Source: an uncultured Candidatus Binatia bacterium (GTDB lineage Bacteria > Desulfobacterota > Binatia > UBA9968 > JAJDTQ01). From it: DNA of 64,000 bases. Location of the stretch: contig OZ251459.1 of NCBI GenBank assembly GCA_965242525.1, positions 2,368,001 through 2,432,000 of the forward strand, in the 5' to 3' direction. A program made the translations under genes and the position numbers. Position 1 is the stretch's first letter; each line of letters opens with the position of its first letter. Shown here piece after piece: positions 10,210-18,816 of the stretch. A model generated the notes under the pieces. The model had not been told where the DNA came from, did not search any database, and saw nothing but the letters and a program-made list of their open reading frames with translations.

Positions 10210-10970
10210 AGGCTGCAATTCTTCATGGGAGGTGCCGAATGTTTCGCAAGCCGAACGACATTTTTGCTTCCAACAAAGGCTTGGCGGCCACACGCTTGGT
10301 ACGACACTGGAAACTTGTGTTTTGGCGACTACTCTGGTTTATTGCAATTACAGTTTTGTTCGGACACACTTTAGGTTTGCCTTTCAAGCAAACGGAGCCT
10401 TATCTAACACAAGACATCCATCTTCTTGGTCAGATGTTGCGTTTTGAAATAGAAAACAAGATGAACAACGGAGACACAGAGCAACAAAGTGACAACGATG
10501 ACGGAAGGATCAAGAAGAAGAAGGCGGAGATGATTAGCAAGATTTCGCAAAACCTATTGACCGGCTTAAGTGCTACCTGGTACTTTGTTTGTGTTACTCA
10601 TAGCGGAGAATTCTTGGCAGGAGCCCCAGCGTCCGCCAAGCATTGGTGCGATGGAGATACCATAGAGAAGCATTCTTCTGGTAATCTACACAAGAAGTAC
10701 TATGTTGTGCAAGCGCGTAAGTCCGGAGGTATAGAGATACCTACAACGCTCCATTCTGTGAAGGATGGATATGGAAGCGGCTTTCACCTCTGGGTGGTTA
10801 AGAGACTTCAAGCAGAGCAAGTAGATCCGATATATTATTTGATCCAAAATAACTTTGTTCATGTCGTGCTGATACTTGGAATAATAGTGCTTTCCACGTA
10901 TGCTCTAGGGCATTTCATTCGGCAGGAAAGTCGATCCAAGAATGATTCCGGCGGAGAAAGAGTCGACTGA
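10203..10970 (+). CDS. Two-TM protein with extracytoplasmic domain (possible truncated sensor)
   Basis: TM near the N-terminus (LLWFIAITVLFG) and near the C-terminus (FVHVVLILGIIVLSTYALG); AT-rich. Confidence 0.55.
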   Translation: MLKAAILHGRCRMFRKPNDIFASNKGLAATRLVRHWKLVFWRLLWFIAITVLFGHTLGLPFKQTEPYLTQDIHLLGQMLRFEIENKMNNGDTEQQSDNDDGRIKKKKAEMISKISQNLLTGLSATWYFVCVTHSGEFLAGAPASAKHWCDGDTIEKHSSGNLHKKYYVVQARKSGGIEIPTTLHSVKDGYGSGFHLWVVKRLQAEQVDPIYYLIQNNFVHVVLILGIIVLSTYALGHFIRQESRSKNDSGGERVD

Positions 10971-11203
10971 ACCCTGCGATACAGAAGGGTTATGGGCAAG
11001 AGGTGATCGAACCACTCCATTGGAGATACACATCAAGGATACCGAGATGGAAGTAGATGGCGTCACGGAAGCGCTGGCGATTGCGATAGCTGCAGACACG
11101 GTGCCCCAACCCCTGGAGGTGCTGTTTCGCAGGGCCGCGAACTCTTTCCACCGCTGACGCTTCAGGTTCTCGGGGTTCCCGAGCCACGGGTAGCGGGCGC
11201 CTT

Positions 11204-11878
11204 TCAGCCGTTGCGCCCCTTCTCCCGGCAGCTTGCGCTGTTCCTGTCGCCACGCAAGCTACTTCCCGTCGCTCTCAGAAAAGCCCCTGTCCGAGATTCG
11301 TCCTTCAGGAATCGGGTCGCCTCGCCCATGTACAGGCAATTACGCATCTGTTGCCGGGACAGGGGGACCCCGCCGTTCACTCGCTCGAAGATGTCCAGTC
11401 GAGCCTGTTCGGGAACCTTCGCGTCGATGACGTACAGGATCAGGTTGCAGTCCTCGACGCGATTTTGTAGCTTGGGCGTCAGATCTTCGAATTTCTTGCT
11501 GTTCAGTTCGGGCCGGTCCTCAAGTCAAAGCTGGAGTTCGTTGTTCACGAAACGCTGGAAGGTGGTCAGCCTTTGCAGCCCGTCCACGACCACCAGACGT
11601 TCCCGGTCGTCCTCCGCGAGATAGAAGACGGGCAGAGGGATCCGCATCACCACGGACTCGATCAGTCTGCTCTGCTTGTCCGGATCCCAGATGAAGTCAC
11701 GCTGGAAGGCCGGATCCATCACGAAGGCTCCCCGCTCTATCCTGCGCAGAACATCGTGCACAGTGCGGGTCTCGTTCCGTATCAGCAGGGTGTCGATGGG
11801 ATAGTCGCCCCAGGAGGCGGCTTTGTCGTCTCCCAGACCTTCGATCTTCTCAGGCTCGGTGTCGGTGGGTGTCGTCAT
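11204..11878 (-). pseudogene. DUF262 (GmrS/ParB-like) protein with an in-frame nonsense codon
   Basis: FQRDFIW and VVVDGLQRLTT motifs, TGA at 11525-11527, then the same frame continues to IFERVNGGVPLSRQQMRN. Confidence 0.8.
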
Positions 11879-11980
11879 GTTACTTGCCCTGTGTTGACCA
11901 GGCGTAGCGCACATCCCGGCCCACGTACCTGGCCAGACGCGAAAGGGTGGCGGCGCCGGCCGTTACCGGCGCGGCAGATG

Positions 11981-12259
11981 CTACCACTCCCAATACCAGG
12001 CGGAGAGAATGTCGCGGCCCACGTAATCGACCAACCGCCAGAGGACGACGGTGGCGGCCAGACAGAGCGCGGCCACGGGGATGGTGAGCCACCACCACCA
12101 GAAGCCGACCAGGTAGCCCAGGACGGCCAGAATCAGCAACGCTCCGGTCGTCCCTCCCGCAAGTCCCATGACTCCCATAACGACAAGCTGAAGGTCGAGC
12201 TTCCCGGCGTCACTCATACGGGCAAGGCGGCGGTCCAGCCGTGCTTTCAGGCGTGTCAT
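11981..12259 (-). CDS. Small hydrophobic membrane protein
   Basis: GGGAGGGAG RBS; two hydrophobic segments. Confidence 0.55.
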   Translation of the reverse strand: MTRLKARLDRRLARMSDAGKLDLQLVVMGVMGLAGGTTGALLILAVLGYLVGFWWWWLTIPVAALCLAATVVLWRLVDYVGRDILSAWYWEW

Positions 12260-12291
12260 GGCGGTTCTCCCTCCCGTGGCGGCGCCGGCCG

Positions 12292-12804
12292 TTACTGGCG
12301 CGGCGCGGTCCGTTCGATGACGGCCTCCATGCTCTTGACCGCGGCGCGCAAGCTCTCGCCCTGCTGCCGTAGTGCTTCCATTGCTTCGGCGTGGCGCTGG
12401 TCAGCTTCGGCGCGCTGCGCTTCGGCTTGGTGGCGCTGCGCTTCCATCTGCGCCTCGACTTGGCGGCGCTGCGCTTCCGTCTGCGCTTCGATCTGGCGGT
12501 GCTGCGCTTCGGCTTGGCTGCGTTGTGCTTCGGCTTGGCGGTGCTGCGCTTCGATCTGCGCTTCGATCTGGCGGTGCTGCGCTTCGGCTTGGCTGCGCTG
12601 CGCTTCTATCTGCGCTTCGATCTGGCGGGCGCGGTCCCGGTTGGACCTGTCCATGACCCGGATACCCCGGAGGACCACGAAGATCTGACCGAGGCCCACC
12701 AGTCCGGTGACGAGCGGGATGGCGACAGCGGCCCAAAACTGTAGCTGCTGCAAGGCAAGCGCGGCCTGCTGGTAGGCTACCGTTGCGGCTTCGAACTCCG
12801 TCAT
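12292..12804 (-). CDS. Membrane-anchored EAQ-repeat coiled-coil protein (paralog of 25000-25824)
   Basis: MTEFEAAT start, TM segment, EAQRSQA/EAQHRQIEAQI repeats, C-terminus VIERTAPR. Confidence 0.8.
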   Translation of the reverse strand: MTEFEAATVAYQQAALALQQLQFWAAVAIPLVTGLVGLGQIFVVLRGIRVMDRSNRDRARQIEAQIEAQRSQAEAQHRQIEAQIEAQHRQAEAQRSQAEAQHRQIEAQTEAQRRQVEAQMEAQRHQAEAQRAEADQRHAEAMEALRQQGESLRAAVKSMEAVIERTAPRQ

Positions 12805-12877
12805 GGCGTGTCTCCCTTCCTCCCCTCCGGCAGCGGCCGCTACTGGCCCGGCGCTGCATGGCCGTAGCGCAACCTGG

Positions 12878-13015
12878 CAAGCGCGTCCTTCGACTCCGCT
12901 TCGCTACGCTCAGGACGAACGGGGATGGGACGCTTCACTACGCCCGGGACGAACGGGGACAGGAGGATCAGGATGAGGGAATCCATCCTGGACGTCTCGA
13001 TTGTCCAGAGGTTCC
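12878..13015. repeat. Partial MITE / REP-like repeat
   Basis: Core TCCTTCGACTCCGCTTCGCTACGCTCAGGACGAACGGGG and right end CGATTGTCCAGAGGTTCC. Confidence 0.7.
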
Positions 13016-13145
13016 TATCGTCTTCGACCGCCGCCTGTCAACGACCCGGACCGAGGTTCCGTGCGGGAAGGGTTGCCGGGAGTGCGAGGGCAAGGCGATG
13101 TTTCGTTCGGTCGGGATGGGAGCAAAGCGGGGCCACGGCAGCAGC

Positions 13146-13553
13146 TCAACGCCGTCCTTCGATCTCGTTCCGGGCCGCGCTGGACAGGAAGGCCGAGCGG
13201 GTCATGCCGCGGCGCTTCGCTTCGTCGTCGATGGCCTGGAGCAGGCCGTAGTCCAGAGAGACGTTGACACGCCGCGGAGAACCCTTGTCGAGGACGAGAG
13301 GAACGAAGGCCATGTCCGAGCCTTCCCGCCACTCGGCAAGGCTCGGGTCGGCCTTGATCTCCCCGACAGCGCGCGGTTCCGGGACCGCTTCCCCGTCCTC
13401 GATCATGCCCTCGACGTGAAAGGCCAACGCCGCGGCGCCGCGTTGGATCGTCTCCTCCACGGTGTCGCCATCCGATACACACCCGGGAAAGTCGGGGAAG
13501 CTGATGCCGAAACCGGGGCCGTCACCACCGTGGATGAACGCGACGTAGCGCAT
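13146..13553 (-). CDS. hicB: HicB antitoxin
   Basis: FGISFPDFPGCVSDGDTVEE motif; C-terminal RHH RVNVSLD...IDDEAKRRGMTRSAFL. Confidence 0.92.
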   Translation of the reverse strand: MRYVAFIHGGDGPGFGISFPDFPGCVSDGDTVEETIQRGAAALAFHVEGMIEDGEAVPEPRAVGEIKADPSLAEWREGSDMAFVPLVLDKGSPRRVNVSLDYGLLQAIDDEAKRRGMTRSAFLSSAARNEIEGRR

Positions 13554-13565
13554 GGGATCCTCCTT

Positions 13566-13754
13566 TCACTTCCAGCCAGCCTGCCTGTAGATCGAGACAA
13601 CCGTACCTCGTTTGAGGTCCCTGTTCGGGTGGGGCACCGTGACGCGGCTTCTTCTGACAGGATTCTTGAACTGGTAATGACTGCCCCTGGTGGCGACAAG
13701 AAACCATCCATCCCGTTTCAAGAGCCTGATCAACTTGCGACTGTCACGTTCCAT
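13566..13754 (-). CDS. hicA: HicA mRNA interferase toxin
   Basis: LLKRDGW....RGSHYQFK, VTVPHP..DL..GT..SIYRQAGW. Confidence 0.92.
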   Translation of the reverse strand: MERDSRKLIRLLKRDGWFLVATRGSHYQFKNPVRRSRVTVPHPNRDLKRGTVVSIYRQAGWK

Positions 13755-13766
13755 GCCCTGCCATCT

Positions 13767-13786
13767 TTGTGTATTAAAATACACAA
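13767..13786. promoter_or_regulatory. Palindromic operator upstream of hicAB
   Basis: TTGTGTATT-AA-AATACACAA perfect 9-bp inverted repeat 12 bp before the hicA ATG. Confidence 0.7.
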
Positions 13787-14020
13787 TTTCGACAGCTCGG
13801 ACAACCACCCTGAAGACCTCTCCAGGACTCTGTGTGGGTATAGACCGGTAACATGGTTTACACGGCAAGGGGTGTCGGCAAGGAGGGAGAGATAAGCGCG
13901 CCCTTCGACTCCGCTTCGCTACGCTCACTCAGGACGAACGGGGACAGGAGGGTCAGGATGAGGGAATCCATCTCCAAGGGGTGAAGCGGTTGGACGGGGG
14001 CGAGGGGCGGGGGCGGACGT

Positions 14021-14052
14021 AAAAAGGGGCCGTCCCCGGAAGGACAGCCCCT
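14021..14052 (-). terminator. Intrinsic terminator after the intact porin gene
   Basis: Minus strand AGGGGCTGTCC-TTCCG-GGGACGGCCCC-TTTTT. Confidence 0.8.
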
Positions 14053-14077
14053 CTTGTTTCAAGCCGAAACGATGACC

Positions 14078-15469
14078 CTAGAACCTGTACTCTGCGACCA
14101 GGGTGAAGGTGCTGAAGGACTTGCCGTTTTCGGATACATCCTCCACGTTGTCGGCACACACCAACGGGTCGCACTCGTACCGGTCCCAGATACCGTGGAT
14201 CTGCATCCAGCCGCCGGGGACATGGTACACGACCGCCCAACCCAGGTTCTTCACTTCGCCGATGCCCTTGTCAGCGCCCTCGTCGTCCACGCCGGTGTCC
14301 TTGAGGTCGATGACGGAATACATCGGAGAGGTGGAGATGCCGCCTTCGCTCTTGCTTCCGCCCATCATGCCGCTCTTGGGACCCCACAGCCATACGTTGA
14401 GCGCAACCCTCCACTCGGTGGCCTTCAGGTCAGCCGTCACGCCACTGTCGGCGTCGGCCTTCCAGTCGATGAAATGGGCAGCCAACGAGACCGGCTTGAG
14501 GGGACTCCACTGGAGGCCGTGTCCCACGAAGGTGTGGTCGCCCACAGCCTTTCCGAGGTTGGCCAACTCGACCTGCTTGGTGGCGTTGGTGGTCTTGAGC
14601 ACGGCGGCGCCTTCGTTGTAACCGTTGCTCAGGCCCTCGTAGGCGAAGTCGTACTGGAGGCTGCTCATGTCGATGCCGCCCATGCTCTTGGAGGCGCCAA
14701 GTGGCCTCAGGCCGAGGGTGAAGAGCATCGAACGGGAGTTGTCGCTGACGTCTGGATGCTTGCCGTACTCATCCATTTCGTCGTGGCCGATGGCGAAGTT
14801 CAGGAAGGCGACCTTCGCGGCTCCCATGTTGGGGAGCTTGTTCCATGCGAGCACGAGGCTCCGGTCCTGGCCTCCGGCGAAGCCCAGGTTGTCAGCGAGG
14901 ATGGAGTCTTCAACCCGGTAGGCTCCCTCGCTCAAGCCCTTGATGCTGGGGTTGAACCCGAATCCCACCGTGGGGAGGTAGGGGTTCATCTTCTCGAAGT
15001 GGAGGTAGCCATCGCCATCAAAGGCCGCGTCTTGGGAGCCGCCGCCGTTGAAGGTCCACTTCACTTCGTAGAAGCCCTGCTGCGAGGTCACGTTGATGGA
15101 CGGGCGGAACCGCCGAATCCGGATCTGGCCCTGCTGGTAGCCCTCCTCGTCGTTGTCCTCCGTTAGGTAGAATGTCGAGAAGAGCTGCAGCCTCTGGGTG
15201 AAGTTGATGCTCCAGTTGTTGTCCGCGGCAGCGATGGTCAGGCCCTTGCCGGCGCCGTACTTGAAGCTCGGCATCTTCATCTCGGCGGCGAGGGCGCGCT
15301 CTTCGTCAACCGTCTCCTGCCTCTGCTTCAACTCGGCGATCTGGCGCTCCAGGTCGGCGATCTTGGCATCCACCTCGCTGGCCTGTAGCGGGGATGCCGC
15401 AAACGTCATTGCTCCAACCAAAAACAGGGCACTCGCGATGCCAAGCGCCCGCCTCGAGAGTTTTTTCAT
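14078..15469 (-). CDS. Outer-membrane porin (OprO/OprP-like), complete version A
   Basis: AAGGAGGAGG RBS, signal peptide ending LQA-S, periplasmic coiled coil, IRIRRFR motif, amphipathic strands, C-terminal YRF (BAM signature). Confidence 0.85.
   Translation of the reverse strand: MKKLSRRALGIASALFLVGAMTFAASPLQASEVDAKIADLERQIAELKQRQETVDEERALAAEMKMPSFKYGAGKGLTIAAADNNWSINFTQRLQLFSTFYLTEDNDEEGYQQGQIRIRRFRPSINVTSQQGFYEVKWTFNGGGSQDAAFDGDGYLHFEKMNPYLPTVGFGFNPSIKGLSEGAYRVEDSILADNLGFAGGQDRSLVLAWNKLPNMGAAKVAFLNFAIGHDEMDEYGKHPDVSDNSRSMLFTLGLRPLGASKSMGGIDMSSLQYDFAYEGLSNGYNEGAAVLKTTNATKQVELANLGKAVGDHTFVGHGLQWSPLKPVSLAAHFIDWKADADSGVTADLKATEWRVALNVWLWGPKSGMMGGSKSEGGISTSPMYSVIDLKDTGVDDEGADKGIGEVKNLGWAVVYHVPGGWMQIHGIWDRYECDPLVCADNVEDVSENGKSFSTFTLVAEYRF
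15155..15182 (-). other. Putative site-specific recombination site 2, inside the porin gene
   Basis: Minus strand CTTCTCGACAT-TCTACC-TAACGGAGGAC; same spacer and 10/11 right arm as site 1, inverted orientation. Confidence 0.78.
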
Positions 15470-15704
15470 GACCTCCTCCTTCTAACCGAAAGTGTGCCGA
15501 CACGGGAACGTCGGCCCGGAACGAACAAAAATCTTACGGGAAGTTATCTACTAATTCTACGGCCCTCCCGCAACTGACCGAAAGTACACTTTTCCCCGAA
15601 AACACCCTGTCAACGGTTCAGAGGGATAGGCCGAAAGTTGCAAACATCGACAAAAATGGGTAGAGTGTCGCCGAACTTGTGGAAAACATCGGAGGATTCC
15701 AGCC

Positions 15705-16361
15705 ATGGAGTCGATAAGGATCGTGGTCGCCGACGACCATACACTGTTTCGCGCGGGTTTGAAACGGTTGCTGACGCGGGAGAAGGACCTGCTGGTGACC
15801 GGGGAGGCGGGGCGGGCCGAGGATACGGAGCCCGCGGTGGCCAGGGGCAAGGCCGACGTGCTGTTGCTGGACCTCAGGATGCCGGGCGGCGATGCGGTGC
15901 AGACGCTGCTGGACCTGGAGGAGCGGCGCCCCCGGACCCGGACGGTGATCCTCACCGCGTTCGACCACGAGGACGGCATACTCGACACGGCCAAGGCCGG
16001 GGCCCGGGGCTACGTGCTCAAGGGGGTTTCGCCCACGACCCTCTTCCAGGCCATACGGACCGTCCACGAGGGGGGGATCTGGATCGATCCGGGGCTGCCC
16101 CAGGCCGGCGAGTTCTCGGCCATCGCCTCGCGGCGGACCAGGACGGAGCCGTCGAGGAAGGAGCCCGACGGCATCGACACCCTGAGCCGGCGGGAGATGG
16201 AGGTGCTGCGGCTGGTGGCCGAGGGGCTCTCCAACGAAGAGATCGCCGCCAACACCTTCATCAGCGAACGCACCGTCAAGGCCCACCTGGCCAACATCTT
16301 CGGCAAGCTCCAGGTGAACAACCGGGTCAAGGCGGCGCTCGCGTTCCTGAGGAGGGGTTGA
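15705..16361 (+). CDS. NarL/LuxR-family response regulator, divergent from the porin
   Basis: IVVADDH, LLDLRMP and GYVLK receiver motifs; LSRREMEVLRLVAEGLSNEEIA...ISERTVKAHL HTH. Confidence 0.92.
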   Translation: MESIRIVVADDHTLFRAGLKRLLTREKDLLVTGEAGRAEDTEPAVARGKADVLLLDLRMPGGDAVQTLLDLEERRPRTRTVILTAFDHEDGILDTAKAGARGYVLKGVSPTTLFQAIRTVHEGGIWIDPGLPQAGEFSAIASRRTRTEPSRKEPDGIDTLSRREMEVLRLVAEGLSNEEIAANTFISERTVKAHLANIFGKLQVNNRVKAALAFLRRG

Positions 16362-16392
16362 GGGGGCGTCCTTCGACTTCGCTTCGCTACGC

Positions 16393-17733
16393 TCAGGACG
16401 AACGGGGAGGGGTGTTCCCGATCCTCGATTTACCGCGCTCCTCGTCCACCCGTTGGACCAGCGCCAGCCCGACGACGAAGAACACCAGCACCACGGCCAT
16501 GCCCGCGCGCTGGGAGCCGAACAGGCGCGTCAGCTCGCCCAGCAGGAAAGGGCCTACGAAGGCGGTGGCCTTGCCCGAGAAGGCGAACAGCCCGTAGAGC
16601 TCGTTCTTCTTGTCGGGCGGCGCGAAGCGGCCCAGGAGGGAGCGGCTGGCGGCCTGGTTGGGGCCGGCGCACAGGCCGATGAGGAGGCCGGCGCCCCAGA
16701 AGAGCGTCCGCTTGGCGGCGAGGAGGGCCGTCAGGGACGCCAGGATGAAGCCCACCAGGCTGATCTGGATGGTGCGCTTGCCGCCCAGCCGGTCGTCCAC
16801 GAACCCGAGGGCGAAAGCGCCTGCGCCCGCGGCCACGTTGAGGACCAGGCCGAAGACCAGCAACTCCTCGAAGGTGAAGCCGAAGACGCCGGCCGCGTAG
16901 ATGCCGCCGAAGGCGAAGACGGTGTTCAGCCCGTCGGCGTAGAAGAGACGGGCCAGCAACAGCCGGAAGATGTCGGGGTAGCGGCGGACTTGGCGGAAAG
17001 TCGCTGCCAACTGCCGGAAGGAGTCGGACAGGGGCGCCCGCAAGGCGTGTGCGGACGCGGGCCGTTCCCGCACCCAAAGGAAGAACGGCACGCTGAACAC
17101 GGCGAACCAGACGGCCACCAGCAGGTTGGTGGCGCGGATGTGCTGGTAGCCTTCCCTGGCGAGGCCGAACCAGGGGGTCTCCGCGTCCACGAAGCCCACC
17201 AGGGCGATGCCCAGAGCGCTCAGGCCGCCCACGTAGCCCAGGGCCCAGCCGTAGCCCGAGACCCGGCCGATGCGGTCCGGCGGCGCCACGTCGGGCAGGA
17301 AAGCGTTGTAGAACACCCCGCCCAGCTCGAAGGCGACGTTGGCCAAGGTGAACCAGAACAGCGCCTTGGTCACCTGGCCGGGCATGGCGGTGTAGAGAAA
17401 GGCCGCGCCGACCACGGCCATCGCGGTGAAGGAGCCGAGGAAGCGTTTGCGGTGGCCCACCCGGTCGGCCAGGGCGCCCAGGAGCGGCGACAGCAACGCC
17501 ACCGCGACCGCGGTCAAGCTGACGCTCCGGGACCACAGCCACGTGCCCGTGACCTCGTCGGGAGCGATGACCTTGGTGAAGAACGCGGCGTAGATGAAGG
17601 TGACCACGAGGGTCGTGAAGGCGGAGTTGGCGAAGTCGTAGAAGCACCAAGCGACGATGCCGCGGCGGTCGGTGGGGGGGACGGGGTAGCTGGTGGGGGG
17701 GTTGGGAGGGTTGGCGGGGCGGTCGGTGGACAT
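16393..17733 (-). CDS. MFS transporter (UMF1/Atg22-like)
   Basis: AWCFYDFANSAF, FYNAFLP, GRVSGYGWALGY and QAASRSL motifs; ~12 TM; stop codon supplied by a REP-like repeat at 16366-16406. Confidence 0.88.
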   Translation of the reverse strand: MSTDRPANPPNPPTSYPVPPTDRRGIVAWCFYDFANSAFTTLVVTFIYAAFFTKVIAPDEVTGTWLWSRSVSLTAVAVALLSPLLGALADRVGHRKRFLGSFTAMAVVGAAFLYTAMPGQVTKALFWFTLANVAFELGGVFYNAFLPDVAPPDRIGRVSGYGWALGYVGGLSALGIALVGFVDAETPWFGLAREGYQHIRATNLLVAVWFAVFSVPFFLWVRERPASAHALRAPLSDSFRQLAATFRQVRRYPDIFRLLLARLFYADGLNTVFAFGGIYAAGVFGFTFEELLVFGLVLNVAAGAGAFALGFVDDRLGGKRTIQISLVGFILASLTALLAAKRTLFWGAGLLIGLCAGPNQAASRSLLGRFAPPDKKNELYGLFAFSGKATAFVGPFLLGELTRLFGSQRAGMAVVLVFFVVGLALVQRVDEERGKSRIGNTPPRSS

Positions 17734-17895
17734 GGGAACTCCGTGCTCCGTGTGGCGCCGTGGGTCGAGCGGGGCGCCGTGGTCGATCTGGGCGCCGTGG
17801 GTCGAGACGACGTTCGGCCCTGCTCCAAAGCCACCGATGCTACACGCCATTGGCGTCGGATGCCAGCGATGCCCCGGTTTCCCGGTCCGCAATTC

Positions 17896-17924
17896 TTGAC
17901 AGCGCCGCGGGGTCGGAGTAACGT
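17896..17924 (+). promoter_or_regulatory. Sigma70-like promoter, probably leaderless transcript
   Basis: TTGACA-17 bp-TAACGT, 6 bp before ATG 17931; no SD sequence. Confidence 0.5.
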
Positions 17925-17930
17925 GTAAGC

Positions 17931-18281
17931 ATGTCTCCCGAGTTCATCGCCGTCATCGGCGCCGCCATCGCCCTTGCCGCGGTCATCCTTTCCAGCCAAC
18001 GGGCCATGCGAAAGGAAATCAGCGACATGAGGCAGGAAATGGGCGGCATGGGGAAAGAAATGGGCGACATGAGGAAGGAAATGTACCAGGAAATCGGTAA
18101 ACTGCGTCAGGAAGTACGCCAGGAAATCGGCAAGGTGCACCAGGAAATCGGCAAGGTGCACCAGGAAATCGGCGACCTGCGGGAACGAATGGCGCGCCTC
18201 GAAGGGATGTTCGAAGGGTTCACGAGAACCATGCCGGGCCGTCAACCCGAGGCCGCGCCAAGCCCCCAATCTCCGCAGTAG
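17931..18281 (+). CDS. Small membrane-anchored coiled-coil repeat protein
   Basis: MSPEFIAVIGAAIALAAVIL TM segment, then MRKEISD/VHQEIGK repeats and LRERMARLEG. Confidence 0.8.
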   Translation: MSPEFIAVIGAAIALAAVILSSQRAMRKEISDMRQEMGGMGKEMGDMRKEMYQEIGKLRQEVRQEIGKVHQEIGKVHQEIGDLRERMARLEGMFEGFTRTMPGRQPEAAPSPQSPQ

Positions 18282-18318
18282 GCCGTCGCCGCGGCCCCCG
18301 CCGAGGGGGGAGGAACCC

Positions 18319-18789
18319 ATGAGCTTCGTACGGACGATCCGGCGCACCGCGATGGTCGCGGCAGTGGTTGCGGCGTTGGCGGGAGCCGCGGGCACCGCGC
18401 TGGCGGTGGACCCGGTCTTTTCCACCTACCTTGGGGGCGCCATCCGGGGATACGACCCGGTGGCCTACTTCACCGAGGGACGGCCGGTGAAGGGCAAGAG
18501 GGCCCATCGCGCCGAATGGATGGGCGCCACGTGGTCCTTTGCCAGCGAGGAGAACCGCAAGCTGTTCGAGTCGGACCCGGAGAAGTACGCGCCCCGGTAC
18601 GGCGGCTACTGCGCCTGGGCGGTGAGCCGGGGCTACACGGCCTCCATCGACCCGGACGCATGGAGCATCGTGGACGGCGCGCTGTACCTGAACTACAGCC
18701 TGGGCGTCAGGGACCAGTGGTCGCAGGACGTCCCCGGCAACATCGCCAACGGAGACGCCAACTGGCCCGTGCTACTGGGACGGAAGTGA
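18319..18789 (+). CDS. Exported YHS-domain protein
   Basis: Signal peptide; AIRGYDPVAYF, FASEENRKLF..DPEKYAPRYGGYCAWAV, IVDGALYLNY. Confidence 0.85.
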   Translation: MSFVRTIRRTAMVAAVVAALAGAAGTALAVDPVFSTYLGGAIRGYDPVAYFTEGRPVKGKRAHRAEWMGATWSFASEENRKLFESDPEKYAPRYGGYCAWAVSRGYTASIDPDAWSIVDGALYLNYSLGVRDQWSQDVPGNIANGDANWPVLLGRK

Positions 18790-18816
18790 GCCGCGGCGCT
18801 GCGACGGGCAAACGCC

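Noticed and set aside
11525-11527. Selenocysteine readthrough in the DUF262 gene
   Set aside because: No SECIS-like hairpin and not a Cys-type position
8576-15171. Diversity-generating retroelement (template/variable repeat pair)
   Set aside because: No reverse transcriptase, and differences are not adenine-specific and include indels
18319-18789. YHS protein as a selenoprotein
   Set aside because: The GGYC motif has TGC (Cys); no in-frame TGA
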